Shown here: one piece after another, positions 37,847 through 51,850 of the stretch
Position numbering within the stretch: the stretch's first letter is position 1
How the letters are laid out: each line of letters starts with the position of its first letter
Assembly: GCA_951406725.2 (NCBI GenBank)
Contig: OX597826.1
Location: forward strand, 39,742,001 to 39,806,000
Source: Octopus vulgaris
Lineage: Eukaryota
Reading direction: 5' to 3'
Length of the DNA: 64,000 nucleotides
Notes under the pieces: generated by a model
The model's input: only the letters and a program-made list of their open reading frames with translations
Told to the model about the DNA's origin: nothing
The model's database searches: none
Made by a program: the position numbers and the translations under genes

Positions 37847-40122
37847 CTCGGATAAACGCCTATGATCTGGTAGCATGTTCTTTGATTACACTAAATATTT
37901 TGAGTACCTATGCAGTAATGAGCAGATATATATATACCGATTCACATCGACCATAATTTGACAGTATTGAACATCAAGTGTGACAACTTCAGAGAGAAAG
38001 CAAGTATCATTGTTTGGCCGTACTAAATTTCAGTCGAGTAGACTGGAGTCATGTATAGTGAATGAAGTGACTTCTCGATCCATGAGTTGAAATGATACCC
38101 TTATCATCAACAAAGCTAACAGGTTAGACTCGCTTGCGAGTAAAGAATGTTTTACAAACACATATCCAAACGCAGATATTTACACACACACACACAATTT
38201 TCTGAAGTGACCTGCTTGTAGAAAACAGAATTTCCATATAGTCGGTTAGTCAGTTATTAGACATGTTTGGCCTAACTCGATTAACGTTGGAAAGCTGTTG
38301 GCGCCGGTGATTTGAAAATAAATAATACGTAGTAATTCTACTAATTTGTAGACGTCTTACAAGACGTAAGACACGTGTGAAGTGTCCCCTTGTAGCATAT
38401 GAGAGCTGACAACATTTCTGTTTAGTAATACAATACTGGAAGTAGAAGGGAAAGACATACAACGAGAGTGTGGGAGAGGAAACAGAAAATAATAAAAAAT
38501 ACATTTAAGAAGTACTATATTGTATGTTGTATCGATTTTTTCCAAACCGATTTTATATTTTTATAAATGGTTGTTTTATTATAGTGGTATTTGTTTTCTT
38601 ATAAGTTTTTTTTTTAGTTTCCTGTGATTACTTTTCAGCTAATTTAGATTCACAAAAAGGGGAAGAATTATGTATGCCTTCCAATGTTAAGTTAATTACA
38701 CCATAATCCTATAGGGGCTAACTAATATAATCAGTTATGTAACCGTTTGAAATAAGAACAAGTAGTAATTCGCTATTTGTTTGTGTTGGCCATGCTGCTG
38801 GTAGTGATGATGGCTTTCCTTTAGTTATTGGTGTTATTTTGCATTGGGGACAGAAAATGAATTTCACTACCTCTATATTGTTCACTGACATGAAAAACTA
38901 TTTCAGCAATAATTATTGCAAGGAGAACCCTGTGAGAGTTATAGCTCGTTGCATTGTTAATAGGATACCAGTTTATCAGACAATGACCTGATTGTGTCAT
39001 ATATTTTTCTCATAATTCAACTTTCAGCATCACAATTAACTAAGGTATAACTTGGTATCAGAGAGAATTTATGCTTCACTGTTATAAACAGCTGTATTTG
39101 AATTGTAAGATGCACGGTTGTTTCAATACATTGCATTGCTGAACATCAAGATATAAACTTGGCATTGTTTTAGCAATTTTTACCAATAATAATTCCTAAC
39201 ATTAACCGAATGTCACCACTTTTCGTGATAGGGAACTGACGATATAGTCGAACACAGTAACTGTCAATGAATTATTTACTGACCCCCACCTTCTGTGGAA
39301 AGATGAATTCCAACATAAACCATTGGGAGCTGAAACTAAATTCTAAATTTTGCGACGATTGGAACAATTGGGTTCTCTAAAAGTAAATGGCGTTTTGTTT
39401 TGTCATTATTATTTAGCGTCCAGGTCAATTTTGCTACTGCAGATTTTGATCAAAGGTAAAAAATGAATTAGCTTTTGTAGCTCAAACTTGATATGGTAAA
39501 TATATTATGAACTATATTCCGGCCGTAGCAATCCAGTTTTTTTAAGGGATAAATAGGGCTACATTATCTAACTGTCAGTTCCTTATATAGGACTGCAGTG
39601 TGTGATTTGAGGAAAACTTGGCAAGTATTTCACGTAAATAGAGCAATTTACGTAATTCCTCCGTTCGTGCTGTTGTCTAGCCACAGCATAGCTGTGATCA
39701 AAGCATTCCAACAGTGATCACCCAATCTTTTTGAGAACAATATAATCCTAGATGTCCTATTCTTAAAAGGGCAAGATGAAACTTGAGAGAATTTGTCAGC
39801 TGTTTCAATTATGCATGAAGAATCTCTCATGTGGCTGTTGGCGTTGTATCATGTAGTTCATGTAGTAAGAAAACTTGAAAGTTCTGATCTTCATTAGGCT
39901 AGCATTGACAAAAAATCGGCGAATTGATAGATTCTTGTTTAAAAACTGAGTTGGCAGCGATAATACATCTCATCGGTTAAGATTAGTAAACAACCACCAA
40001 CAGACGTATTCAATCAGTCTCTTTTACTGAAACGCTAATTTACGGGGAGATAAACACATCAACACCTGTTATCGAGCGGTGGTAGTGGGGGACAAACACA
40101 TACAGAGTCAAACACACTCAGG

Positions 40123-40189
<67 letters not shown>

Positions 40190-41414
40190 CAGGCTTCTTT
40201 CAGTTTCCGGTTACCAGAGCTACTAATAAAGTTTTGGTCGGCCCGAGGTTATAGTTAAAATCACCAGCATTAGCCGAAGATGTCATGCAGTGGGACTGAA
40301 CCCGGAGCCATGTATTAATTTATTTTCTCGACTCAGAGATGTGAATCATAAAGCTGCTCACGGCAGAAATTGACCTCGGAACTTAAAGAAAATGGTGAAA
40401 ATGTTCTATTCATTCTGTATGTCGAAGAATGCAAATTGTCTTTAGCAAGAGAGAATATGCATAGGAATTAGATTTGAAGTTTAAAATCACAATACTTCGC
40501 AGGAGATCTCAGTATAAATTAAAACTTTTAATTCATATTCCGATTCCAAACTGTTGTGGTATTTCAATATGAATTATAGTTTAGGTGACATCAAAGATAA
40601 TCTCGGGTGAATGTCATCTTATGTCATAGATTACATATGACATATTAGAATATGTTACTGGCAATCAAATCGCAAATACAGAACTGCAGTTATTTTCTAT
40701 TAAAGCAAATAGAGACCAAGAAGAATCATAGATATGCTAGAAAGAGCAGCCAAAGCTCCCTGAAATAATATCTGGAAAAACAGGACATCTATTCGATGTC
40801 TCTCTATTTTCATAACATTTTATGCATCTCTTCAGAAATCCAAGGTTTGTAATTTTACACAAAAGGTAGCAGTAAGCAAGTCATAGAGTATTTCGAATAG
40901 TTCTCGTAAATAACGAAAGGTTTAAGTAACTTTCAAAACTACCTACAAACTCTGGTGAGTATAAGTCAATACTTGAATTACTGTTGACGAAAACTAGATA
41001 TGTGCACGTCTTTTTTCAGGAAACAGCTGTTTGCCTAGAAATAATGAACATTATTGAGTACACAAACGGACGGATGAGATCTACAGAAGATCCCTAATTC
41101 TTCATCGATTAGATGGTATTACTCAGTTTCTCACCATTAATGATAAGACTGAGATGTTCTCCATGCTAGCAGTGCCCGCGAAATTTGCAGAGAATAAAGG
41201 GCCGAGAGCAAACAATACATGGATAACAAGCGATACAGCAGTGTACATACGAAAGTGAATAAATGTAATTTAAGACGTTGGAAAGAGGGCAAAGAAGAAA
41301 TAATTAAGAAAAGACCATAAATACAGCCTCAGGGCCAAAATCACGAATGATGGGTAACACTTGGAGGGCAAGTATGTGTGTGATTGTGTATATGTGTTTG
41401 CTTGTTTGTTTGTT

Positions 41415-41450
<36 letters not shown>

Positions 41451-42262
41451 CTCGCATGGGAATACTCTACAAATGCTTGGACAAATTACATTCCAATATT
41501 TAGTTTCAACAAGTTTGGGTTGAGTTCAAATTATACTATGAAGATGGTGCCCCAGTATGGATCTGACTTAAATAGTGAAGTAATAATAGAGGAAACAAAG
41601 AGTTTACTCCGGAACACGATTTCTTCTTTTGTTTGCTTGTTTACATGTGAATAAACATTTGGACAAAATTTTGATAAGAAGAAAAATTGCTACTGACATT
41701 CTGTATTCTGTCGAATGCAATAGTCGACAGCTTCGGGACTGCCATGCTAAATTGATTAAAATTGATTTGATGCTGGTTGGAATTAAAATTAAAGTTTCCC
41801 TTTACTCTGCAAGAAAAAAATGTATCTAATACATAACATAAAACGTAGAGTTTAGAATAAATAGTTGTTTTTTTTGGAAATTTGAAATGTGTTTTGATGA
41901 ATTAGGGAGTCAAAGGAAATCTTCAATTATAGAGTGTAGATAAATCACTTGGCATTTCTTAAATTTCTATTCTCTCGTTGGTTCCAATAAGCGAAATATT
42001 TATTCAGTTATCTGCGATTGTTCAGTGAAATAACATGTTTAATATTATTCCTTGACAGACAGTTTTATTAAAGTTTACTCATCTGTATTTTAAATTGTTG
42101 TTGTTAGTGTTGTTGTTGTTGTTGTTATTATTATCATAACCATCACCATCATCATCCTCATCATCATCATCATAAGTCTCCTCCTTCCCTTTCTCCTCTT
42201 CCTCCTTCTCATCATCTTCATCATCATTTCTATTACTATTATTGTTATTATCATTATTATTA

Positions 42263-42325
<63 letters not shown>

Positions 42326-42355
42326 GAAAACGATAATAAGAAAAATAAGAAAAGG

Positions 42356-42447
<92 letters not shown>

Positions 42448-43948
42448 AAGAAGAAATCGTAGCAGAATGGAACTTTATCGCTGGAATATTTCCTAAATGA
42501 CAAGATGCTTTTGTTCCATTAATATTAGACGATTAAATCCGATATCTCCTGATTATAATGGAATATTAACTAATTAATCGGTTCGTTATTCTTTATTGAA
42601 GAGGCATATAATCATCGTCAAATATTTGAATTACTAATTCAGAAAAGGGTGAAAGAGAATTCCATTATGAAATGGCAAATGTTTTGTTAATTGAATACAA
42701 GTAAAATGCTGCATATCATTTGATTAACATGGAAGCGATGTCATTTCAAAATTAGTGGAAAATATTTTTAAGCTCGAATCATCGACAGAACGTCCTCTTC
42801 ACACAATCTGCCTTATCCCGTTCATACGCTGGTTTGGTGGGAGTGGTGTGATCGTATTCATTAAATTAAGTCTAGAATATTACTTGTATTTACCAGATAT
42901 ATTCTGCAAGCGATCAAATATTCGAATATTGCGTTTCAGAAAGTAACTTAGTCATGTTTGTTATTTATCAAAGCGGATTTAAGAATTAACAAGGTTAGTT
43001 GGGCCACTTGCACTATATTTTATGTAAATCCACCACCACTACCACCACCATCACCAACACCACCACCACCACCATCACCATCACACAAACACCACCACCG
43101 CCATCATCATCATCACGTCACCACCACAATCAACACCACCACCACCATCATCATCCTCATCACAAAACCACCACCACTACCACCATCATCATCCTCATCA
43201 CAAAACCACCAACACCACCATCATCATCATCATTTTCATCATCATCGTTATCATTATCATCGTCATCATCATCATTCCTTGTTTTCATGGGTTGGGCGAG
43301 TCGTCGCGGATAGTTCCTATTTACAGTTACTGCCCTTCTAACTGAGTCGGGTTTATTTTCTCTCCTGGGTTTATTTGGAGAAGAAAGAGAAATCTCGCCA
43401 TGTTAATCTGTCAAGGAAAACCAGTCATCAATGTTGCCTGTAGAAATAGTCTCAAAAGAAGCTGGCCCCGTGCCGTCGAAATTGACGGCTAATTGCAGTA
43501 TTTTATATATAAATAAGATACAAAACCAAGTTTTTAGTTTAATAATTCTTTTATTACCAAATTTTTTGTGAAAAATCTATCTGCAGTCAATATCCCTTGA
43601 CTGCTTGTTTCCTTTAAAAGAATATTAAAGTTTTCTTTCTTTTATGGTACGACTTAAGGCCACATAAAGCTGGTCGTGACTAAATATGGGAGCTGGCAAG
43701 TAGATATCAACGTTTTCGAAGCGACGTTTCCTTGCAAGCGCGCTCTCCATTACCGAAACCAACCTAAACTCATAGACTTAAAGCCATAAAAAGCAGTCCG
43801 TGACTTAAAGCTGATGTAAAAACTCCCTATTCAAAATTTATTACATAAATTTCTTAATATAAATATATGAGGCACATATATGAGCTGTTAAATGTGTATT
43901 TATAATATACTTTTCAACTGCAGTCACTTTATATTCTGCATACACTCA

Positions 43949-44290
43949 GGCGCATGGCTCAGTGGTTGGAGCGTTGAGCTTACGATCGTGATGTTGTGAG
44001 CTCGAATCCCGGACCGGGCTGCGTGTTGTGTTCTTGAGCAAGACACTTTAATTTACGTTGCTCCAGTTCACTCAGCTGTAGAAATGAGTTGCGACGTCAC
44101 AGGTGCCAAGCTGTATCGGCTCTTGCCGTTCCCTTGGACAACATCGGTGACGTGGAGAGGGGAGGCCGGTATGCATGGGCGACTGCTGGTCTTCCATAAA
44201 ACAACCTTGCCCAGACTTGTGCGTCAGAGGGTAACTCTCTAGGTGCAAACCCATGGCCAGTGTCTGACCGAAGGGGGTCATCATCATCAC
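43949..44290 (+). mobile_element. Full-length tRNA/CORE SINE (family C) with (CAT)n tail
   Basis: Colinear with the reverse complement of 13312-13642. Confidence 0.9.
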
Positions 44291-44985
44291 ACTCAGACAA
44301 TAATTATTATCTCTAACGACTTTGTATATGTATAGGCTTGTGTAGATGTGTGTGATTGTAATAAGTATTTGTAACACAACAGATAGAATATGGATGGTAA
44401 TTCAAATTAATACACTTATCAATGTTATATAGTGGTTGTCTTTTGAGATGTGACATAGATCATCGCTTGTTACTGGAAGAACGTTGACTCGCTCATTCAA
44501 ACAATCACTTACTTCCCTTGTACACGCACGCACGTACACACATATACTCATACAGAGTTGAAACGCTGGTTGATTTTTCTTTTCAGCGTTTAACGTTCAC
44601 CATCCCACTTCCATTGCGTATACACACACACATACACTCACACGCACACGCACACACATACACACACAGGTATTCATATACCTCCCTTTTACATACACTG
44701 ACATATACAGAGTGGAAACATTGATTTTGTCATCCCTTCCATTCTTATTCATCTATCAACCTTCCTTTCTCATTCATATGTTGTGACGGAGAAAAGCACA
44801 ACATATAGTAGAAGATACACGACGCTCTCTTTGCCCCTCCCTCTCTCTCGTTGCTATTAATTTCTCTCACTCCCTCTCAGTCATGGCTAATACCTTCACT
44901 ACTCTTTCACTGAATTCCTATTTTCTCTCACCTTCCTTCAATTATACTACTCTTTCTGTCACTCCCTTCCACTCCGTGATTTTGG

Positions 44986-45017
<32 letters not shown>

Positions 45018-45221
45018 ACTTATAAAATAAGGGCAAACGAAAAAAATATAAATCCTACATTAAATATATATATATACATATATAAAAAAACAGTACGCTC
45101 TTAATTTCATTAGGAGCTATCTTAAATATATACTATATTTTATATAGGTTTATATAAAATGCTTGGCTAAATTAGCAAGAATATATATAAATACGTTAAA
45201 CATATATTATATACATATCTA

Positions 45222-45293
<72 letters not shown>

Positions 45294-45294
45294 A

Positions 45295-45344
<50 letters not shown>

Positions 45345-45538
45345 ATATATATATATATATATAATAAATATTAGGGAATAAATCCAAATTTACAGGGAAA
45401 AATCAGATTTAGGATTAAATCCAATTTTATAGTAAAATATTATAAAATATTATTAGAGACAAAACCACTATTTTGCAAAACAAACAAGGAAAGACTTAAT
45501 CAATACATAAAATTTTAATAAATAGTAAAAAAAAACCG

Positions 45539-45581
45539 CCACTACAATTGTTTCTTGTCTTGATCGACAATCTTCAGGTGG
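45539..45581 (-). ncRNA. Minimal type I hammerhead ribozyme (canonical core)
   Basis: Exact reverse complement of 45644-45686. Confidence 0.85.
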
Positions 45582-45643
45582 ACTTCCAATAAGTCAGTTT
45601 CAAATTATGAAATTATGAAATTTGAAACTGACTTATTGGAAGT

Positions 45644-45686
45644 CCACCTGAAGATTGTCGATCAAGACAAGAAACAATTGTAGTGG
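45644..45686 (+). ncRNA. Minimal type I hammerhead ribozyme (canonical core)
   Basis: CCAC-CTGAAGA-TTGTC gatcaa GACAA-GAAA caatt GTA-GTGG. All three stems pair; stem III is the palindrome ACAATTGT. Confidence 0.85.
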
Positions 45687-45936
45687 CGGTTTTTTTGACT
45701 ATTTATTAAAATTTATGTATTGATTAAGTCTTTCCTTGTTTGTTTTGCAAAATAGTGGTTTTGTCTCTAATAATATTTTATATATATATATATATATATA
45801 TACATAAAAAAATAAAATGGAGTATTGGGCTAATTCGGCTAAAATATATTAAATGCATTAAACATACATTACATATGCACACACATACACACACACACAC
45901 ACACACACTCACACACACTCACACACACTCACATGT

Positions 45937-45976
<40 letters not shown>

Positions 45977-46169
45977 GAATGGGATACGCTTAATATTTTA
46001 AAAAATACTGTAGAAACTGGCTTAATGTTCTAAAGAAGCGACATGGTTGGTGATTAAGTTAGAATTGGAAATGTTACCTTAATGTTAACAACAGCACAGT
46101 GTTACCAGCAGCATTATGTATGTATGCTTAGTGTGTATGTGTGTGTGTGTGTGATATATATATATATAA

Positions 46170-47896
46170 TTCTTTATCTCTCTGTCTGTTTCCTATGCAT
46201 CCTCAAACGGCTCGACCAAATCAAATCGAATTTCACTAGGTATCAGGCCCCATGAATGTTAACATGTCATTTTCTTAAATTTCGATTAAAACAATATAAC
46301 GTTGGCACTGGTTTGGTATTACGTGTCAAAACTGAAAGAATAAGATCTACATTGTAATGTGATATAAAATTGTTTCACTTTTATTCTTTCACTTTTGATA
46401 AGGCTATAATATTGTTTCGGTTTTATTCTTTCATTTTTAATTCTAATGTGACAAGACCAAGATCATCTTATTTCTATTGTACTTGAAATAAATGAATAAT
46501 TTCTATCCTAATCTTAACAACATTAGGTATCGGCAACTTTCAGTCTTAACAGTCTCGACAGCGGAATGATGTGTCAGTGTATGTGTTTTAACTGATATAA
46601 GGAACGGTTGGAGGAGAAACTCTTGACAAGAAACATTGAGGTAACAGGTCTAAGATATATAAAAATACACATTTATAATTCAATTACCATTTAGTAATTA
46701 TCGCAGCAGTTGCAATCTTGCAAGTTATTTAAAAGCTGTTCATACATGTGGTTCTATTTGGCTAATTTGATTATATTTGGTTAGTTTATACTGCATATAA
46801 AAATAAAGACATGCTACATAGATACAACTGCTTACAAAAATAGAGATTAATATATAATTTTTCTATGTTCATAGTTTTTTGTTTGCAGTATTCAAGATGC
46901 CAGCAAAGAAAAGATGTAATCTCTCCAGAAACAACTATAAAACAAGGAGGATTGTAGAAAACCGAAGGCGAGTCTCAAAAGAGGAGGGAGATGAGATATT
47001 CTCAAGATCAGCAAAGCATGGTGCAGGACGTCAGATGGAGTCTCAATACAGAAGAGAGATGAGACTTTCCTAAGATCAGCAAATGCATTCTGCAGCACCT
47101 CAAAAGGAATCTCAAGACAGAAGCGAGATGACACTTTCTCAAGATCAGCAAATGCATACTGCAGCACGTCAAATGATGTCTCAAGACAAGTGAGATGACA
47201 CTTTCTCAAGATCAGGAAACGCATGCTGTAGCACGTCAGATGGAGGCTCAATACAGAAGATATGAGACTTTCCAAAAAATTTCCAAATGGAACTAATACC
47301 ATGCACTGCTCAGGTGGTAAGGTAAGATTGCCATCACAACCAGATCCTCTTCGACCTCTTATAGATCTTCTGGAAGGCATGATTATCTGAACAGTATCAG
47401 ACAACTCTGCATTTCAAATGACATCGTTTGGTGCATCTAAGAACATGGATTTATGCCGACGTTCAAAGTTCAAGGATAAGCCTATCACCTCATTGGTTCC
47501 CTGTTATCCGTGAATGAACAACTACATTTCCTCCAAATTTACGTCGTGAGTGATATGGGACAACAAACCCCAAGGAGGTGTTAAAACTTCAGATGATAGG
47601 TCGTGTTAGACGCACCACCGACTGCTGCAAAAGTGAGTATACCTACTGGCAGCTTTTCGGTGCGTTCAAAAGTCACATAACCCCTACCCCCAATTTCCCA
47701 TGACTGGTTAGGGCCTGGAATACGCCAAACAGAGGCATGGCATGTCACTTAGATGAATTAGCCCATCATTTACTCCGTAAATGTTTTCTCGTCAATGTTG
47801 CACTTTCCCGTATCAACATAACTCTATACATCTAGGCATCAATATATACAAACTATGCCATTTTAATCCCGAGCAACGCTGGGTATTTCTGCTAGC
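46170..47896 (+). mobile_element. Internally deleted, non-autonomous Helitron
   Basis: Rep N-terminal remnant CSGGKVRLP..PLIDLL..NSAFQMTSFGA..GFMPTFKVQG*AYHLIGSLL..FLQIY at 47305-47545. About 66-bp coding tandem repeats at 46990-47270. 3' hairpin cccgagcaacgctggg followed by CTAG at 47892-47895. Confidence 0.85.
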
Positions 47897-48287
47897 ATAT
47901 ATATATGTATGTATGTATCTATAAAAGAAGGAGGTGGAAATAGCACAGAAGTCAGTCTAAGACATTTCCCTTTAAGAATGAATTTAATGAAAATGATTTT
48001 AAAATTATTTAAAGAAAACATTACCGGTTTCGATGATGAATCTCATCTAATCAAATATCAGTAAAAATTTATAAAAGTTTGAAGTAAAGACAATTTATCT
48101 TCTGTCTGAGGGTCAAGAAGATGTCTGGAGAGTTTTCATTGAAGTCTTCTTTAAATATAGTTTGGTATAAAGTTAAAAATGTTAGAGAGTAAGAGGCGTA
48201 TATTTGTCTGTTGTCTAAAAGAAATCTTTGTTTTCCTGCCAACGGAGTGGCTAAAAACCATTTATTGAATGGGTTTTATCTTCCCTT

Positions 48288-48395
48288 GTGTGTGAGTGTG
48301 TGTGTGTGTGTGTGTGTATTGTGTTTGTGCGTGTGTGTGACTGTTGTTTCGCGATATTTTCTACATATGTATGTGTGTATATATGTATATATGTA

Positions 48396-48478
<83 letters not shown>

Positions 48479-48506
48479 AAAGTTTTGGTTTTTTTTCGTA
48501 AACTTT

Positions 48507-48573
<67 letters not shown>

Positions 48574-48718
48574 TACATATATACATATATACATATATAC
48601 ACACATACATATATAGAAAATATCGCGAAACAACAGTCACACACACGCACAAACACAATACACACATACACACATACACACATTATGGTTTCCCGATTTA
48701 ATTGGCGGATGTGATTCA

Positions 48719-48758
<40 letters not shown>

Positions 48759-48794
48759 AATCACATCCGCCAATTAAATCGGGAAACCTTAATG
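48288..48794. repeat. Two adjacent palindromes built around (TA)n
   Basis: 48288-48682 has mirrored arms (tgtgtttgtgcgtgtgtgtgactgttgtttcgcgatattttct vs its reverse complement). 48687-48788 reads ggtttcccgatttaattggcggatgtgattcaat (TA)n attgaatcacatccgccaattaaatcgggaaacc. Confidence 0.95.
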
Positions 48795-49338
48795 ACAATG
48801 TAACTTTTATTTAACTAAGATATCTACGCCCTGATAAGTAGATAGAGGAGTACCCCTCATTAAGTAATTATTACTTTCGAGGTATTTATATTATTAATCA
48901 CGACCATGGTTTAGACACATCTAGCAATCGATCCATCACCGGTGGGATGCTTAACAACTGGTTCAGGAGCATCCAGCAGTGCAGGTGTATCTCGTCGGGT
49001 GATAAATAGATACAACAGTTCTGCAATGTATTTTCTCATATCGTAGAAAGAAAAGCAGCAAAACGAAGGAGATATCTTCATGTATATAGAAGATCAAAAA
49101 TAAAATCAGTGATGCAAAAAAGACTCGAACATGCAATACAACGAGGAAAATATTAAAAATAAATGTTAACAGATACGGATGTATAAATGCTCTCTCATAC
49201 AAATATCCGCGAAAATGTAAGCCCAGACACACCTGTGGCTTGGTGTACTCACAATCAGAAAGCGGGTTAAATAGCTACTTGGTGTTTATAAGAAAGGGGA
49301 GGCTAAATCTAAACTTAGTTCATCCATTATGATAACAG

Positions 49339-49745
49339 TTACTCAAATACATTCCCACTGCATTCTTTGAAATTACATTTATATGCGTGTAGGCATCTTG
49401 AGAGTCTTTCAGAAATTCTGTTAATGATCTTCTCATTGGTCCACAGAATATACTGGGATTCCTCGGAGCAGAAACGGCATCTGCTGCAAATGATACTGTA
49501 TGGTTTTGCGTGCTTTACTATGGACCAATTTATGTTGTACTTAATATTATCTTCCTGCAGTCGCCATACAAAATTGACCCCAAAATGTTGAATGTCTCTT
49601 ATGAATTCTCTTGAAACTAGTGACAGGGTTGCGATAACGATACTTAAATGAATTAGTCGTCTGCCCAATATAAACACACGGCCTTCCACTTGTGTGCACG
49701 GTACTTTTATATACAAGATTTGTGCTCATACAGAGTTTCATCAAT
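49339..49745 (-). mobile_element. Penelope-like GIY-YIG endonuclease remnant
   Basis: CMSTNLVYKSTV..VYIGQTTNSFKYRYRN..SF, then a frameshift, then INWSIVKHAKPY..RCRFCSEE..IINRISERLSRCLH. Confidence 0.8.
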
Positions 49746-49799
49746 GGTCATTTTGATGTTTCTCTGCATGAGCATTTATCATATTTATTTGTACATATG

Positions 49800-50380
49800 G
49801 CAGTTCTGATTCGAAAGTGATGATTGACAACAAGCCACTCAAATGTGCCAGCTCATTGAAATATCTTGGAAGTACAATAAACTTTAAGAGTACTTCCGGT
49901 GAGGAAAATCAACGTTAGAATATCTAAGGCTACAAATGCTTCTAGAAAATTTTTCTATCGTTTGTGGGATGTGCGCTGTGTCAGTCTAAAAACTAAAATA
50001 AGTGTATACAAATCTTTTGAGCACACTTTTTTATGGAATAAAATCATGGACTCTCTACCACAGACATATAACGAAACTTGAAATCTTTCACATGTACAGT
50101 CAGCACAATATCTGTAACATAAAACCGCAAGATAAGATATCAAATGTTAAAATCTTAGAAAAATTAGATATCTCCATTAAAAATTCTTTTATATGGCCAA
50201 AAAGTAGTGGGATACTGCGATAAAGGAAGATATATCCTTAGGTAAAAGGATAAGTTGAAGCAATCACTAAAATCTCTACAGCTTAACTTGACATCTTGGG
50301 AAAGCCATTGCCTAGATCGATCTGCATGGCGTAAAATGTGTCATGATGCATTAAAACAATTTGAGTTGAGATTCTTGCAA
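49800..50380 (+). mobile_element. RTE/BovB-like LINE 3' fragment
   Basis: IDNKPLKC..KYLGSTI; INVRISKATNA..RLW..VSLKTKISVYK; TLFYG..WTLYHRHITKLEIFH..ICNIK.QDKISN. Confidence 0.75.
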
Positions 50381-50675
50381 TAGAAGAATTATAAGAGATA
50401 CACTTGCCAAATCCTCAAATCAAAATCGCCAGTATCCCTTTTGTGACGATGTAGGAAATTCCATATCGGGACTAAAATTACATTCAGGAATCCATCGCAA
50501 ATAGAGGCAGCTTCTTTTGTGGGTTTGTTTTTAAGAGTTGTTTTCTTCTTTTCTCGTTTTTTTTCTCTTTTCTTTAAATCCTCTCCTTCAAACACTCATA
50601 CGTTGAAATCGACTGCAGTAACCATCATATACATAAATATATATAAATGATAGGTCGTAGTCAACGCAGCTAAAA

Positions 50676-50743
<68 letters not shown>

Positions 50744-50873
50744 GAGAGAGTGAGAGAGAGATTCAGATGAATATGGTACTTAAGTTAAAGGCACCAGAAT
50801 TTAGTATGGTATTATCCATATAAGTTAAAATAAGGTGATTATAATCAAAATAAGCAACAAGGATATCCAGAGG

Positions 50874-50966
50874 TCATGCAGCACGATCGTTTAATGCGAC
50901 ACCATTTAATTGAACAATGCAAACATTACATCAATTTAAAATGTAGAGCAATCTTCAGCTGCATGA
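50874..50966 (-). ncRNA. Degenerate hammerhead ribozyme in a PLE terminal fragment (50755-51200)
   Basis: Reverse complement: TCATGCAG-CTGAAGA-ttgctctacatttta..-TAAA cgatc GTG-CTGCATGA. Stem I is 8 bp, but GAAA is TAAA and GUA is GUG. Confidence 0.6.
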
Positions 50967-51319
50967 AAATATAGAATTTAGTTAAATTCGAAGGACTCAT
51001 TTGTATAATTTTCTTTTTATCCAAAATCACCGAGAGGATAAATAGATAGACAAAGAACATGCTTTATCAACAACATCACAGTTGTGACAGATTTTTTCAA
51101 AAAAGACACTGCTTTCTTGAAATCAACACCCACGTTTTCTGCTACAACAATACTAGCTGCCTTCATCAAATTAGTGTGTGAATACTGTACTGTGTTAGTT
51201 TTTTTTTGTTTTTTTTCTTTAGGTGTGGTGCAGTCTTTTGCTGTATTACTGCTTGTATTATGTGTTGAGTGTGTAATGCTTTGGTGTTTTGGATTGCTGG
51301 TGGAAGTTTATTTCACTAG

Positions 51320-51850
51320 GTAAATGCTGTATAGAGAGTATCCTGCATTTGTGGGTTGTTTTCTTTAGGATGTATTACTGGATTGATAATGCCTTGCGTA
51401 GGTTGTGGGCTGTTCTTAGCACGGCTATTTCTTGCACAGTGTGTAGTGTTGAAGATCCAGGTACAGCTTCTACATTTTTGTTTATATGTTCTTTTATCAT
51501 GCTCAATTCTATTCTCCAACTATTATTGGTATTGTTTTTATCTAATGCCCAACTTTTTGGATACTTCAATTTTGAGGTCTTTGTACTTCGACAATTTCTC
51601 CACTTCTTTTTTGACAATATTTTGATCAGAAGGGATTGCAATGTCTATCAAGAAGCAGATACTTTTTCCTCAATCCTTGACTATTATATCTCGGCCATTA
51701 GCTATTATTTCTTTGTTAGTTTGAACCGGCATATCCCAGGTGATTGTGGGCTGATCGTTGTCTTGCACCTTGTTTGGCTCATGCTTATACAACCTGCTGT
51801 CAGTTTTGATGTTGTAATGTTGGCATTATTATTACTGTTATCATTATTAT
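51320..51850 (-). mobile_element. Dong/R4-like LINE 3' fragment
   Basis: Frameshifted WDMPVQTNKEIIAN.RDIIVKD..CFLIDIAIPSDQNI..VPGSSTLHTVQEIAVLRTAHNLRKALS. The element starts at a (TAA)-rich tract. Confidence 0.75.

Larger units (their letters stand above)
45443..45782. mobile_element. Inverted pair of Penelope-type pseudo-LTRs (near-perfect palindrome, ~160-bp arms) within a microsatellite
   Basis: The arms are reverse complements apart from small homopolymer differences. Each arm carries an HHR. Flanked by (TATC)n/(TA)n. Confidence 0.8.

Noticed and set aside
43949-44025. tRNA gene candidates (also ~13570-13642, 31736-31805 and 32905-32955)
   Set aside because: These are tRNA-derived SINE heads continuing into SINE bodies, without a complete cloverleaf or pol III terminator.
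46990-47270. CRISPR-like or regularly spaced repeat array (also 28370-28805 and 59990-60680)
   Set aside because: Eukaryotic context, and whole units repeat in tandem without unique spacers.
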